Source of the DNA: Phycisphaerales bacterium
GTDB lineage: Bacteria; Planctomycetota; Phycisphaerae; Phycisphaerales; UBA1924
Length of the DNA stretch: 64,000 nt
Direction: 5' to 3'
Assembly: GCA_965227775.1 (NCBI GenBank)
Contig: OZ245777.1
Coordinates: 2,080,001-2,144,000, forward strand
The position numbers and the translations under genes were made by a program. Positions 27,802 to 38,103 of the stretch are shown in pieces; the stretch's first letter is position 1, and each line of letters opens with the position of its first letter. Below the pieces are notes generated by a model that had not been told where the DNA came from, did not search any database, and saw nothing but the letters and a program-made list of their open reading frames with translations.

Positions 27802-29109
27802 ATGCCCACGCACATCCGTTTCTTTGCGTTCCTCGCTGTCGCGATCGCACTCCCCGCCGCCGCCTTGCCATCGCAAGAGGAAGGTGAGCCAGGCCACGGT
27901 GCCCCCCTTGAGAGCGTCCGCCTGCAGAACGGCCTCCCGGCGATGGCCGTCCGCGGCTTCACGTGGGACGCGGAAACGAACAAGATCACGACCGTGGCTG
28001 AGGCAGAGGCTGGCGTGCGAGCCGCGGGCAGCGAATCGGCCGCCGGGCCGGACGATCTCTGGCACATCGGCTCGTGCACCAAGGCGATCACCGCAACGCT
28101 CTTGGCGACCTACGTCGCCGAGGGCAACCTGGCGTGGTCCGACACGCTGGCCGATGCCCTTCCCGATCTCGCCGATGACATGAGTGAAACCGCGGCCAAC
28201 GCGACCATCGCCGATCTGCTGCGCCATCGGGCGGGCATGCCGCCCAACCCCACGGGCGTGCTCATGCTCCGCTTGTTTGGCACCGACGCGAGCGAGGGCC
28301 GAGAAGCGGCAATCCTCGAAGCGCTCGCCGAAGCAAAAGACGCGCCCGGTCCGGGCGAGCAGTCGCGATACTCGAACTTCGGCTACATGATCGCGGGCGT
28401 GATTGCCGAGCGCGTCGGTGGTGAGCCGTTCGAGACGCTCGTGGTCGAACGCGTGCTTGCGCCGCTGGGCATCGAAGAGGGGCAATACGGATTCGGCCCC
28501 CCGCCCGCCGGCGATGATCTTACATCGCCAGCGCAGCCGGTCGGGCACCGAGCGGCTCCCGGCCAGGGGTGGACGCCGCAGCCACCAACGCGTCAGCCTG
28601 GCGGACCGCCTGCGGACAATCCGCCCGCGTACGGCCCCGCCGGCACCATGCACCTGACGCTCGACGCCTGGGGCCGATTCTGTATGGCCCACGCCCGAGG
28701 CGATGATCTTGCCGAAGGCGAGCGCGACGCGCTCGGCCTGCGTCGAGAGGACTACGCCGAGCTCCACCGCCCGGTGGAGACCTTCGCGTGCGGCTGGATC
28801 GTCGCGCCGCGGAGCTGGGCCGGCGCCGGCGAAAGCCAAGGTGAATCCGAAGATGAGGGCGAAGGTGGGGGAGTCATGGGCATCGCCCTCGCGCACAATG
28901 GCAGCAACACGATGTGGTTCGCCTCGGCGTGGATCGCCCCGGAGCGCGACTGGGTCATGCTGGCGACCTCCAACGCCGCCGGGCCGAAGGGCGCCCTGGC
29001 CTGCGATCAGGCCATCGGCATCGCGCTCAATGCCCTGACCGACTCGGTGGAGATCGAATCAGGCGGGCAGGCCGGGCCAGAGCAGCGCGAAGACGAGGCC
29101 GGTCAGTAG
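27802..29109 (+). CDS. Serine hydrolase, beta-lactamase family
   Basis: Signal peptide, HIGSCTK (SxxK), LLRHRAG, YSNFGY and HNGSN. Confidence 0.9.
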   Translation: MPTHIRFFAFLAVAIALPAAALPSQEEGEPGHGAPLESVRLQNGLPAMAVRGFTWDAETNKITTVAEAEAGVRAAGSESAAGPDDLWHIGSCTKAITATLLATYVAEGNLAWSDTLADALPDLADDMSETAANATIADLLRHRAGMPPNPTGVLMLRLFGTDASEGREAAILEALAEAKDAPGPGEQSRYSNFGYMIAGVIAERVGGEPFETLVVERVLAPLGIEEGQYGFGPPPAGDDLTSPAQPVGHRAAPGQGWTPQPPTRQPGGPPADNPPAYGPAGTMHLTLDAWGRFCMAHARGDDLAEGERDALGLRREDYAELHRPVETFACGWIVAPRSWAGAGESQGESEDEGEGGGVMGIALAHNGSNTMWFASAWIAPERDWVMLATSNAAGPKGALACDQAIGIALNALTDSVEIESGGQAGPEQREDEAGQ

Positions 29110-29622
29110 CCCGTACACCACGCCGTCGATGAAGTCCATCACCTTCGCGCGCAGCGGCTTTGTGAACCAGATCTCGCCCAAGATGCCGCCCGCAGTGTGC
29201 GCGAGCACACCCGCGATCGCCGTAAACGCAAAGACGTCAGCAAACTCCGCGCCCCGCGGGAAGGCAACGCCCGCAAGATAGCCGATCACGGCCGACACGA
29301 TCAGGAACATCGTGAACGTCGCGGCCAGGTTCTTGGGCATGTTGACCTCGGTGGGCCACACACGCAGGAGGCCCCACGGCCCGGCCTTGTAGCGCGCGAC
29401 CGCGTCGGGGTTCTTCATGTCCGCGTGCTCACACTTGGGGAACATGTACTGGCCCGGCGTGAGGTTTTGCTCCTTGATGATCGCAAACAGCGCGTCCTCA
29501 TTCGAGAGGTACTTCACATCGGGCTTGTGGTGAGGAGAGAGCGCCCACGCCACGAAGCTGGCGAAGAACAACACCACGCCGCACACGAGGATCGGCAGCC
29601 ACAGCGAGAGCAGCATCTCCAT
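29059..29622 (-). CDS. Hypothetical integral membrane protein
   Basis: Four TM segments, HHKPD and PGQYMFP. GAGG upstream of the start. Confidence 0.75.
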   Translation of the reverse strand: MEMLLSLWLPILVCGVVLFFASFVAWALSPHHKPDVKYLSNEDALFAIIKEQNLTPGQYMFPKCEHADMKNPDAVARYKAGPWGLLRVWPTEVNMPKNLAATFTMFLIVSAVIGYLAGVAFPRGAEFADVFAFTAIAGVLAHTAGGILGEIWFTKPLRAKVMDFIDGVVYGLLTGLVFALLWPGLPA

Positions 29623-29786
29623 CAGGGTTCCTCTTTTCGGTGGTCCGCCCGCGACACCCAGCCCCCCGAGAGTCGCGCATCGCCGGCGGTTTGGCGGCCA
29701 TTTCTGTGGCCGTGTCGCTCGGGCATCGTAGAACCCCTATCTGCCGACGAGGCCCTATCATGGCCTCTCACGCACCACGAGCCCAC

Positions 29787-30935
29787 ATGGAGCCCCGCAC
29801 CGTGACCACCATGACCGCCGCGACCGCGTCAACGACTGACATCGCCGCCATTCTCGGCAGCGAAGCCGACAGCCTGCTGGGCTACTCGGCCACCGGGTTC
29901 GACAAGGGCTCGCTCTACCTGCCCGGTCCCGACTTCATCGACCGCGTCGTGGCACAGGGCGATCGGCCTGTGCCCGTACTGCGAAACTTCCAGACGATGC
30001 TCAACCACGGCCGCCTGGGTGGCACGGGCTATGTCAGCATCCTGCCCGTCGACCAGGGCGTGGAACACTCGGCCGGCGCGAGCTTCGCGCCCAACCCCGA
30101 GTACTTCGACCCCGAGAACATCGTCAAGCTGGCGATCGACGGCGGCTGCAACGCTGTTGCCTCGACCTACGGCGTGCTCGGCTCGGTCGCGCGCAAGTAC
30201 GCGCACAAGATTCCGTTCCTTGTGAAGTTCAACCACAACGAGCTTCTCACTTATCCCAACGTCCACAGCCAGACGCTCTACGGCACGATCCAGCAGTGCT
30301 ACGAGATGGGGGCCATCGCCGTTGGCGCGACCATCTACTTCGGCAGCGAGAACTCGCGCGAGCAGATCCAGTACGTCAGCGAGATGTTCGCCCACGCCCA
30401 CGCGCTGGGCATGGTCACCGTGCTCTGGTGCTACACGCGCAACGACGCGTTCAAGGCCACCGGCCCCGACGGCACAAAGACCGACTATCACGACAGCGCC
30501 GACCTGACCGGCCAGGCCAACCACCTTGGCGCGACAATCCAGGCCGACATCGTCAAGCAGAAACTTGCCACAAAGAACGGCGGGTACGTGGCGCTCAACA
30601 CCGGCGACTCCAGCTATGGCAAGTTCAAGAACGAGATCTACACCAAGCTCGCAGGCGGCGACGACAAGGGCCAGGGCGGCCACCCCATCGAGCTCGTTCG
30701 CTACCAGCTCGCCAACTGCTACATGGGCCGCGTGCCGCTGATTAACTCCGGCGGCGAGAGCAAGGGCGAGAGCGACCTGCACGACGCGGTGCGCACCGCC
30801 GTCATCAATAAGCGGGCCGGCGGTATGGGCCTGATCTCGGGTCGCAAGGCCTTCCAGCGCCCGATGAAGGACGGCGTCGGCCTGCTGCACGCGATCCAGG
30901 ACGTCTACCTCGATTCGAACGTCACCATCGCCTGA
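29787..30935 (+). CDS. fbaB: Class I fructose-bisphosphate aldolase (start may be 29802 or 29811)
   Basis: [33 protein letters not shown] and [12 protein letters not shown]. Confidence 0.96.
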   Translation: MEPRTVTTMTAATASTTDIAAILGSEADSLLGYSATGFDKGSLYLPGPDFIDRVVAQGDRPVPVLRNFQTMLNHGRLGGTGYVSILPVDQGVEHSAGASFAPNPEYFDPENIVKLAIDGGCNAVASTYGVLGSVARKYAHKIPFLVKFNHNELLTYPNVHSQTLYGTIQQCYEMGAIAVGATIYFGSENSREQIQYVSEMFAHAHALGMVTVLWCYTRNDAFKATGPDGTKTDYHDSADLTGQANHLGATIQADIVKQKLATKNGGYVALNTGDSSYGKFKNEIYTKLAGGDDKGQGGHPIELVRYQLANCYMGRVPLINSGGESKGESDLHDAVRTAVINKRAGGMGLISGRKAFQRPMKDGVGLLHAIQDVYLDSNVTIA

Positions 30936-30955
30936 GCGAGCCGCTAGCCCAAAAG

Positions 30956-31453
30956 ATGAAACGCGCGATCCAAGTCATACTCGTTGTCGGTGCGATGGTT
31001 GCCGTCGCGTCGCTTGCGGCCTGGGGTCTGGCGGTGTGGTTCCTGGGGCCCTACCTCATCTGGGCACCGGTGGGTATTCATGTCAGCGCTGAGACGCCCG
31101 AGAGCGTGCTCGTGGGCGATGCCATCGAGATGACCGTCCGCGTGCGCAACGACGGCCCCGAAGACCGCGTCCTTTCCGCCATCACCATCGAGACCGGCTA
31201 CCTGGTGGGCTTCTCCGTCGACAAGGTCGAACCGCCATTCACCAGCAGCGAGCGCGCGACCGACTACCGCGTCTACCGATTCGAGGCGCCCGTTCCCGCT
31301 GGCGAGGTCACGCCCATCCGCTTCACGCTGCGTGCAACGGGCCAGGGTGTGGGCGAGGGCCAGAGCCTCAGGCAGGGCCGCGTCGAGGTGCAGTTCGAGG
31401 ACGAGAGCCGCATCAGCTCGACCACGGTCTCGACAGCCGTTCGTGAGCAATAG
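30956..31453 (+). CDS. Hypothetical membrane-anchored Ig-like domain protein
   Basis: N-terminal TM, then beta-rich TPESVLVGDAIEMTVRVRNDG. Confidence 0.65.
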   Translation: MKRAIQVILVVGAMVAVASLAAWGLAVWFLGPYLIWAPVGIHVSAETPESVLVGDAIEMTVRVRNDGPEDRVLSAITIETGYLVGFSVDKVEPPFTSSERATDYRVYRFEAPVPAGEVTPIRFTLRATGQGVGEGQSLRQGRVEVQFEDESRISSTTVSTAVREQ

Positions 31454-31584
31454 CCGCCGATTCGCGCCCGTTCCCGGCGAATCCTGAGTTGTGGCGATCC
31501 TCCCGGCAGCCGGTCGATGCTACAACAGGGTCTGGCGTGGGAGTCACGCCAGGGTTTGCACAGGTCCACCGAGGGAGCGACGAG

Positions 31585-32580
31585 TTGACCCTGTTCCAAC
31601 GATTCATGCGTGTCCTGACCCACCCCCAGCACGCCGGCGAGCCCCTGCCGCAAAGGAAGCCCAAGCCAGCCAAGCCGGGCAAGGCCAAGCGATCCATGGC
31701 AAGGCCCTCGGCCAGCACCCCCATGAAGGTCGCCGGCAAGCCACAGGCCGATACCTCGGCCGCGATGCGCCCGGCCTCCAACGCGAGCAGCGGGACGGCG
31801 GTCGCCGACAAGCCCAAGCTCCCAACCTCGCCCTCTAGCCCCGTCGAGGTCTTCGCGCCCGACCGTTCTGACGACTCTACCACAAATCCCGCGGAGGCTG
31901 ACGCCCTCGGAAGCGGTTCGCTTATGGACGACCTGGACGACTCCGGCCTTGGCCTGATCGACACGAAGCCTGAGCACGAAGCAAAGCCCACCCTGGCCGA
32001 TTCGGTGCCGGCCGAGTCCAAGGCGATCTGGCCGGCTGCAGAGCCCAAGCCGCCCCAGGGGCCCGAGATCGGCGAAGTCGTCGACCTCATCGAGAAGCTG
32101 CGGACGCACGTGGACGCCCAGGGCGGCCGGTTCGATCAGGCCATGGGCGTGCTCGACCAGATCCGCGAGTCTGCTGCCGCTCTGCCTGAGATCCGGGAGC
32201 GGATCGACACGATGCTCGCGTCGATCGACGAGCTCAAGGCAAACCAGTTCAAGGGGCACGAGAAGGTCGAGCGAGCCCTGTCGGCCCAGAGCTCGCGCCT
32301 CGACGAGATCTTCAAGGCCATCGAGCGGGCCACCCAGCGCGAGGAGAAGCTCGCCCAGAGCCTCGCAGAGATCAATCAGACCATCCTGGCCGTCTCGGGC
32401 ACCAACGACCGCCTGGCGAGCGCAATCGACTCCATGCGTCGCCACGAGGCGGAACGCGACGCCCGTATCGGGCGAGCCCTGACCGGTGCCCAACGCTGGC
32501 TCATCGTGCTCACCCTGGTCATGGGTGTGGGCATGATCGCGACGATCATCACGGCCATGGTCGCCGGCGGCGGTGGCTGA
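31585..32580 (+). CDS. Hypothetical coiled-coil protein with C-terminal membrane anchor
   Basis: Pro/Lys-rich disordered N-terminus, heptad region and one C-terminal TM. TTG start chosen after GAGGGAG (uncertain). Confidence 0.65.
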   Translation: MTLFQRFMRVLTHPQHAGEPLPQRKPKPAKPGKAKRSMARPSASTPMKVAGKPQADTSAAMRPASNASSGTAVADKPKLPTSPSSPVEVFAPDRSDDSTTNPAEADALGSGSLMDDLDDSGLGLIDTKPEHEAKPTLADSVPAESKAIWPAAEPKPPQGPEIGEVVDLIEKLRTHVDAQGGRFDQAMGVLDQIRESAAALPEIRERIDTMLASIDELKANQFKGHEKVERALSAQSSRLDEIFKAIERATQREEKLAQSLAEINQTILAVSGTNDRLASAIDSMRRHEAERDARIGRALTGAQRWLIVLTLVMGVGMIATIITAMVAGGGG

Positions 32581-32660
32581 GCGTCGCCCGACCCGCTCCT
32601 GAACTATGAGGTTTTCGTGAGCTTTTGCCTACCCCCGCCTTGCGGGGGTACGGTTGCGCA

Positions 32661-34223
32661 ATGAACCGACGCATCCATCATTCGCTCCGCCCGCTCGCCC
32701 TTGGCTTTGCTCTGACGAGCGTCACACTTACGGCTTGCTCCGAGGAGTCGTCGCCTGCCGACCCGGTCTCGACAACGCCTGCAGTGACGCCTGAGGCGTC
32801 CAAGCCAGTGACGGTCGTCGAACCGATCGCGTGGTCGGGCAGCCAGACCATCACGCTCGATGGCGACGTGAGCGAGTGGCCCGACGAGATCGTCGCGGTG
32901 GCGGACGCCCACTGGCTGTACCTGCGGTTCGCCTTTGAGGGCCCCACGCGCACCCTGCAGGGCATGAACACGCCCGTCTCGATCTATGTCGACGCCGACG
33001 GCAATCCTGAGACGGGTTGGACGCTGGAAGATCCTTTCGTACGCGGGGGGCTCGGCGCCGACATCGAGATCATCTTCTCGCCGCGAGAGGTCGATGCACC
33101 TCGTCCGGGTTCGGGCGTCATGTTCCGGGCTCACATGCCCGACGGCACGGCCCGCACTGTGAAGCACGAAGACCTTGGCTTCTCGTTCACGCCAACGCAT
33201 GCGGCCGAGTGGTACGAGGTCCGCATCGACCGGGCAGCCGCGGAGCGCCTGGGTCTCGATACCTCGGGGCTGGGTGGCAGTGGTCGTATCTCCGGAATCG
33301 TCGTCATGCACGATGGCCGCGGCGAGCCGAGCGCGTGGGCAGATCCGTTCGAGGTGGATGCGCCATCCGTGCAGCCGCACGAAAAGCAGGACGCTCGCGT
33401 GCCCGAGAGGTCCGACGACGCCGTGCGCGTGCTGGCGTACAACGTCGAACACTCAAGCCCAGTCAAGACGCCCGAACCGTTCGCACGCGTGATCAGCGCC
33501 CTTGACCCGGATGTCTTGCTCTTCCAAGAGTGGGTCGAAGGCGACGCCGACGCCATCAAGGCTTGGCTCATCGCCCACGTCGACGACGCGGCCGAATGGC
33601 ACGTGCTGAAGGGCCCCGCCTGGGGCGTTGCCGTCGCGTCGAAGCACCCGCTCTCGGTGCTCACGCCGCTCGATACGCCCAACCCGGTGAACGCTCAGAA
33701 CGCGCTTCGATTCGTGGGCGGACTGGCAGAAACGCCGCTCGGGCCCCTGGCCATTGGTTCGACCCACCTTAAGTGCTGCGGCACCAAGGACAGCCGGGAA
33801 GACCGCCAGCGTTCGGCCGAGGCGACCGCGATCGCAGACATGATGGCCGACGCGCTGGGGCAGGCCCCAGGAAGCGAGGCCTGGGGTGTCGTCATCGGGG
33901 GCGACCTGAATCTAGTCGGTTCCCGCCCGCCGCTGGAGGCCATCGCCGCCGGCGCCGACCTCGACGGCTCGCCGCTCGCGATTAGCGAACCCATGCGGCT
34001 GGGTGACCAAGCCATGTACACGTGGTTCGACCCGGGCAACACGTTCACGCCGGGACGCCTCGACTTCCTGTTGTACAGCGATTCAACGTCGGAGGCTGTG
34101 AACACGTTCGTGTTGGATACGAGCGTGCTCAGCGAAGCTGCGCTCGCGCGACTCGGCCTCGACGCGACCGACACAGCCGCGAGCGACCACCTGCCGGTCG
34201 TCCTCGACGTGCGTCCCAAGTAA
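32661..34223 (+). CDS. Endonuclease/exonuclease/phosphatase family lipoprotein with an N-terminal accessory domain
   Basis: Lipobox LTAC, then RVLAYNV, DVLLFQE, THLKCC, GGDLN, GRLDF and SDHLPV. Confidence 0.9.
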   Translation: MNRRIHHSLRPLALGFALTSVTLTACSEESSPADPVSTTPAVTPEASKPVTVVEPIAWSGSQTITLDGDVSEWPDEIVAVADAHWLYLRFAFEGPTRTLQGMNTPVSIYVDADGNPETGWTLEDPFVRGGLGADIEIIFSPREVDAPRPGSGVMFRAHMPDGTARTVKHEDLGFSFTPTHAAEWYEVRIDRAAAERLGLDTSGLGGSGRISGIVVMHDGRGEPSAWADPFEVDAPSVQPHEKQDARVPERSDDAVRVLAYNVEHSSPVKTPEPFARVISALDPDVLLFQEWVEGDADAIKAWLIAHVDDAAEWHVLKGPAWGVAVASKHPLSVLTPLDTPNPVNAQNALRFVGGLAETPLGPLAIGSTHLKCCGTKDSREDRQRSAEATAIADMMADALGQAPGSEAWGVVIGGDLNLVGSRPPLEAIAAGADLDGSPLAISEPMRLGDQAMYTWFDPGNTFTPGRLDFLLYSDSTSEAVNTFVLDTSVLSEAALARLGLDATDTAASDHLPVVLDVRPK

Positions 34224-34236
34224 TCCGAGCAGTCGC

Positions 34237-34980
34237 TTACTTCGCGTCGGCCGACTCGATGAGCCTGATCTCACCGTCGTGTGTGCGTTCGATCAGCCCG
34301 ATTTCGCGCAGGGCTTCGAGCGCCGCGAGCTGTTCTGCCCGCTTCTTGCTCTGTCCCCATTGGGCCGGGTACTGGTGGCCGTCAATCTCCACGGCGATCT
34401 TGAAGCTCTTCGCGTGGTCGGGCCCTTGCTCGTCGATGACGCGATAGTGGGGGGTCGAGCCGAGCTGCTGCTGGGCGTGCTGTTGCAGCACGCTCTTGAA
34501 GTTCTCCTGGTGGCCCAGGCGGGCGGCCTTCTGGATGCACGGGTCGAGATGCGGCGCGAGGAACTCGCGGGCCGCGTCGAGCCCGCCATCGAGGTAGATC
34601 GCAGCGATGATCGCCTCAAGCGCTGCAGCCGCGAGCGACCTGGGCAGCGGCGCACCAGCGCGCATGCCCTTGCCCAGCAGCAAGAGATCGATCAGGCCCA
34701 TTGCGTCGGCGATGTCCGCGCACGTGCGCCGCGAGACGGCCGTCGACTTGATCTTGGTCATCTCGCCTTCGAGCAGGTTCGGGAAGAGCGTGAAGATGCG
34801 CTCGCTCGTGACGAGTCCGAGCACCGAGTCGCCCAAGAACTCCAGACGCTCGTTCGAATCGACGCGCGCATCTGTCACCGACGCGTGGGTGAGCGCCTTG
34901 ACGAGAAGGCAGGAATTCTTGAATGTGTATCCGATCGCGCGCTCGGCGGTTTCGATGCACAGCTCGCCGGAATCTTGCAT
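34237..34980 (-). CDS. rnc: Ribonuclease III
   Basis: ALTHAS, the SNERLEFLGDSVLG signature, and a dsRBD (GPDH...SKKRAEQLAA). Confidence 0.97.
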   Translation of the reverse strand: MQDSGELCIETAERAIGYTFKNSCLLVKALTHASVTDARVDSNERLEFLGDSVLGLVTSERIFTLFPNLLEGEMTKIKSTAVSRRTCADIADAMGLIDLLLLGKGMRAGAPLPRSLAAAALEAIIAAIYLDGGLDAAREFLAPHLDPCIQKAARLGHQENFKSVLQQHAQQQLGSTPHYRVIDEQGPDHAKSFKIAVEIDGHQYPAQWGQSKKRAEQLAALEALREIGLIERTHDGEIRLIESADAK

Positions 34981-35176
34981 GGACACCTCGGCATCACCGG
35001 TGCCATCCGGGGGCAGCCGGCTCGAACATCAGCCAAGTGATTCCAGCATCTCGCGGTCGACCAGCACCTTGACAGCCGACAGCGGGATGCGGGAACCCGG
35101 ATTCCTCCAGTTTACCCGATCATCGGCTCAACGCCAAGCGATTTTGAGGCCCGATATAGGCGTGTTTGCCCATTGC

Positions 35177-35205
35177 TTGGCCACGCAAAACACCGGGCCT
35201 ATACT
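35177..35205 (+). promoter_or_regulatory. Putative sigma70 promoter of rpmH
   Basis: TTGGCC-17 bp-TATACT, ~58 bp upstream of the ATG. Confidence 0.6.
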
Positions 35206-35263
35206 TGCGGCCCCGCACGGCGGGTCGAATCGGCACACAAGGGTTTACCCGAGGTTTCGAGCA

Positions 35264-35401
35264 ATGCACTATCCCCGTCGCCTCAGCAAGCTTTCACGGG
35301 CCCGCAAGATGGGCTTCCGCGCCCGCATGCGGACCAAAGGCGGCCGCAAGATGATCAACCGTCGCCGCCGAATCGGCCGCTCGCTGAACTTCAAGAAGTA
35401 G
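35264..35401 (+). CDS. rpmH: 50S ribosomal protein L34 (45 aa; embedded in a longer spurious ORF in the track)
   Basis: MHYPRRLSKLSRARKMGFRARMRTKGGRKMINRRRRIGR contains the GFRARM..K.GR....RRR.GR signature. GAGG upstream. Confidence 0.95.
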   Translation: MHYPRRLSKLSRARKMGFRARMRTKGGRKMINRRRRIGRSLNFKK

Positions 35402-35430
35402 CCAGCGTCTGCAGCTTATGACGGAAATCG

Positions 35431-35453
35431 GCCCCAGCCATGCTGGGGCTTTT
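35431..35453 (+). terminator. Rho-independent terminator after rpmH
   Basis: GCCCCAGC-CAT-GCTGGGGC-TTTT. Confidence 0.8.
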
Positions 35454-35468
35454 GCATGACACTCGGAG

Positions 35469-37178
35469 CTATGGGATTGCTCGATCGAGCTGCCGCCGCA
35501 AGCGATCGGCCTCACGCTCCCGCCCGGCCGCTCGAAGCAGCACCTCGTAGCGCTCGCCAACGACCATAAAGCCACTCGCCCGCGCCTCGGCCTCCTGGGA
35601 AGTACGCGGCGCGCGATAGCGGCGATGCGTCCGGCCGTAGAACCCCAGCAACTCGTCGGCCCGGCCGTCCTGGGTGAGCATGGTGTCCAGCCGTGCGATC
35701 GCCTCGAGCGCTAGTGGCGTCTCGTCGGCGTGGCGATTGACGAGATCCTGGTTGGCCTTCTCGGCGGCATCGCGATCGCCCTGGGCAAGCGCGAGGTCGG
35801 CGAGCGCGAGCTGGGCGGCGGCGTAGCGGTTGGCATCACGGCGCGCGGTGAGCGACATCCACTCGAGCAACGCCTGCTGACCACTATCGAGTTCTGCGAT
35901 GGCGTCAAGAGCTGTCCGCGTCGCGAAAAGCGGCGAGCGTTGATCGAGCTTCGCGAAGAACTCGGTGAGCACGCGCTGTGCGCCATCTGGCTCACCCGAA
36001 GCATCGGCCAGTTGGATCGCAAGCCACGCTCGCCACGCGTCCGGGAAACCCGAGGTCGCATCGATCGCAGCGGAGAGGATCGCCAGTCGAACGCTCTCGG
36101 GCGCGAGCTTGGCGGCCCGCTGCAGGGCCCACGCAGACCGTGTTGCACTCGGTCCATCCTGGGCGAGCTCGGCCGTGAGCACAAGCTCGGCGAGCGGGAT
36201 CGGCTGGCTGTCGATTGGATGGGGGGTGCTGCCAAAGGCGACGCCTGCATTGTCAGGAATCGTGTCGAGATTCCAGGCGTAGCCTCGCCGCGCACGCTCC
36301 AGGAACACCGGCGCTACGAATCGTTCGTCGCTGAGGTGCCCGGTCGCGAGCGCGACGGGGTAGCCAAAGGCCTGGCCAAGCTGCTCGGCGTAGAAGCCGC
36401 GGAGCGGGCCTAGGCCGCCGCGTTGGGCGATGGCTTCGAACGTGAAGTCCTCTGGCGGCGGCGCCGCTTCGCCTTCGAGCAGGCTCGCCTGGCGGTAGGG
36501 GACCGCCTGGTACAACTCGAGCGGGTCGCGTTGGCGTCGCTCCTGGATGACAGTGCGGATGCCTTCGCCCGTGAGCGCGAGATCCGTCATGAAAACAAGC
36601 ACTTCGGCGGGAAGCTCGTCGAGGGGCATCGCCATGACGCGACGGTCCTGGTGTGCGAAGACGAGTGCCTCGAAGACGTCCGGTGCGGGCGGCAGGATTG
36701 ATCCAAGCCCCGGATACGCCCGCGGTCGGTCGAGGGTGACGGACACTGCCGCAGCCAACTCGGGATAGTCGGAGAGCGCAACAGCCTGCCCGGCGGCGAT
36801 GGCTTGGGCAATGGTGGCAACCGACGAGCGGTCGTTCGACTCCGATACGACCCGCACCAGGGCGCCCATGAACTCGGGGTGCGAAGCCCAAACCTCGAGC
36901 ATCAGGATCCGAGCGGAAGCGGGCAAGTCGGCGATCATGGCCACGATGGCGTGGTGCTCGACCGTGTCGACCAACTCGGACACCTGGACTGTTGGCCAGT
37001 TCAGGACCGCGGCGTCACGCGCACGCTCGGCCTCGCCCAACGCCACCGCTGGATCGCTGCCCAGTTGCGCGATTGCGGCCTCGCGTGGCGTCGCTGGCGC
37101 CGCGTCTTGCGCAACACAGATAGCGCTCGTGAGGAGCAGGCTGGCCCCGATGATGGTTGTAAATCGTGGGTGCTTCAT
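35469..37178 (-). CDS. Hypothetical exported helical protein
   Basis: Signal peptide (MKHPR...CVAQ) and a helical, TPR-like C-terminus. Confidence 0.7.
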   Translation of the reverse strand: MKHPRFTTIIGASLLLTSAICVAQDAAPATPREAAIAQLGSDPAVALGEAERARDAAVLNWPTVQVSELVDTVEHHAIVAMIADLPASARILMLEVWASHPEFMGALVRVVSESNDRSSVATIAQAIAAGQAVALSDYPELAAAVSVTLDRPRAYPGLGSILPPAPDVFEALVFAHQDRRVMAMPLDELPAEVLVFMTDLALTGEGIRTVIQERRQRDPLELYQAVPYRQASLLEGEAAPPPEDFTFEAIAQRGGLGPLRGFYAEQLGQAFGYPVALATGHLSDERFVAPVFLERARRGYAWNLDTIPDNAGVAFGSTPHPIDSQPIPLAELVLTAELAQDGPSATRSAWALQRAAKLAPESVRLAILSAAIDATSGFPDAWRAWLAIQLADASGEPDGAQRVLTEFFAKLDQRSPLFATRTALDAIAELDSGQQALLEWMSLTARRDANRYAAAQLALADLALAQGDRDAAEKANQDLVNRHADETPLALEAIARLDTMLTQDGRADELLGFYGRTHRRYRAPRTSQEAEARASGFMVVGERYEVLLRAAGREREADRLRRQLDRAIP

Positions 37179-37250
37179 GTCGGGGATTGTTCCACCCCGG
37201 CATGCTCTTGTCGGCCTTGCTTGAGCCTTCGAGCCAGATTCTCGGAAGGT

Positions 37251-37820
37251 TCAGGAGCCGATGCGAACTCCCACGGGCTGCGGCGTCGCCTGATGGGTGG
37301 GCTGCACGGCGATTCCAAGCGGCACGCGCTTGCCTCCCGGGCCCTTGGGCGGGATGCCGTCCTGATCGATGATGCGCTGAATGGCCATGATGCCTTCGAG
37401 CAGCATCTCGGGCCTGGGGGGGCAGCCGGGGATGTAGACGTCGACGGGGATGAACTGGTCGATGCCCTGGACCGTGGCATAGGTATCAAACACACCACCG
37501 GTCGAAGCGCACGCGCCCATCGAGATGACCCACTTGGGCTCGGCCACTTGCTGGTAGATGCGCTGGAGTACGGGCATCATCTTGATGCCGATGCGGCCCG
37601 CGACGATGACGAGGTCGCTCTGGCGCGGGCTGAAGCTCATGCGCTCCATGCCGAATCGGGCGAGGTCGTACCTGCTCGATGCGGTCGCCATCAACTCGAT
37701 GCCGCAGCACGCGGTGGCAAACGGGATCGGCCAGATGCTGCTGCGACGCGCCCAGTTGATGACTCGCTGGAGCTGCGTGGTCAGGATGGCGTCGGTCGAT
37801 AGTGCGGCTTCGATGCCCAT
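37251..37820 (-). CDS. nuoB: NADH-quinone oxidoreductase subunit B
   Basis: FATACCGIE, SPRQSD, ISMGACASTGG and YIPGCPPRPE. Confidence 0.96.
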   Translation of the reverse strand: MGIEAALSTDAILTTQLQRVINWARRSSIWPIPFATACCGIELMATASSRYDLARFGMERMSFSPRQSDLVIVAGRIGIKMMPVLQRIYQQVAEPKWVISMGACASTGGVFDTYATVQGIDQFIPVDVYIPGCPPRPEMLLEGIMAIQRIIDQDGIPPKGPGGKRVPLGIAVQPTHQATPQPVGVRIGS

Positions 37821-37881
37821 GGCTTCTCCGTGGAGCGTAGCGATGTTGCCCAGAACATCGTCATTTTAGACCGACTCTTCT

Positions 37882-38103
37882 CTAGCGATCCCGAGCCGGG
37901 CGGACATCCCTCTCGGAGCGGCGGGTCTCATTGATCTTCCGGTAATGGATGGGCTCACGCTCATACTCGCTGCGGAGCTTCTGGCTGTCCGCCCCGATGC
38001 CACGGGAGTCCACGACCTTGCGATAGCAACCACCCGCACCGAGGGCCAATGTTGCCGCGGCGGCGGTCAGGATGGAGGCCCGGATAAGTCGGCTGCGTGT
38101 CAT
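37882..38103 (-). CDS. Putative small lipoprotein (73 aa)
   Basis: MTRSRLIRASILTAAAATLALGAGGC. ATGA overlap with the yihY-like stop codon. Confidence 0.6.
   Translation of the reverse strand: MTRSRLIRASILTAAAATLALGAGGCYRKVVDSRGIGADSQKLRSEYEREPIHYRKINETRRSERDVRPARDR

Noticed and set aside
34607..35263. 264-aa plus-strand ORF as an N-terminally extended L34
   Set aside because: The upstream part is antisense to rnc. rpmH has its own promoter, SD and ATG at 35264.
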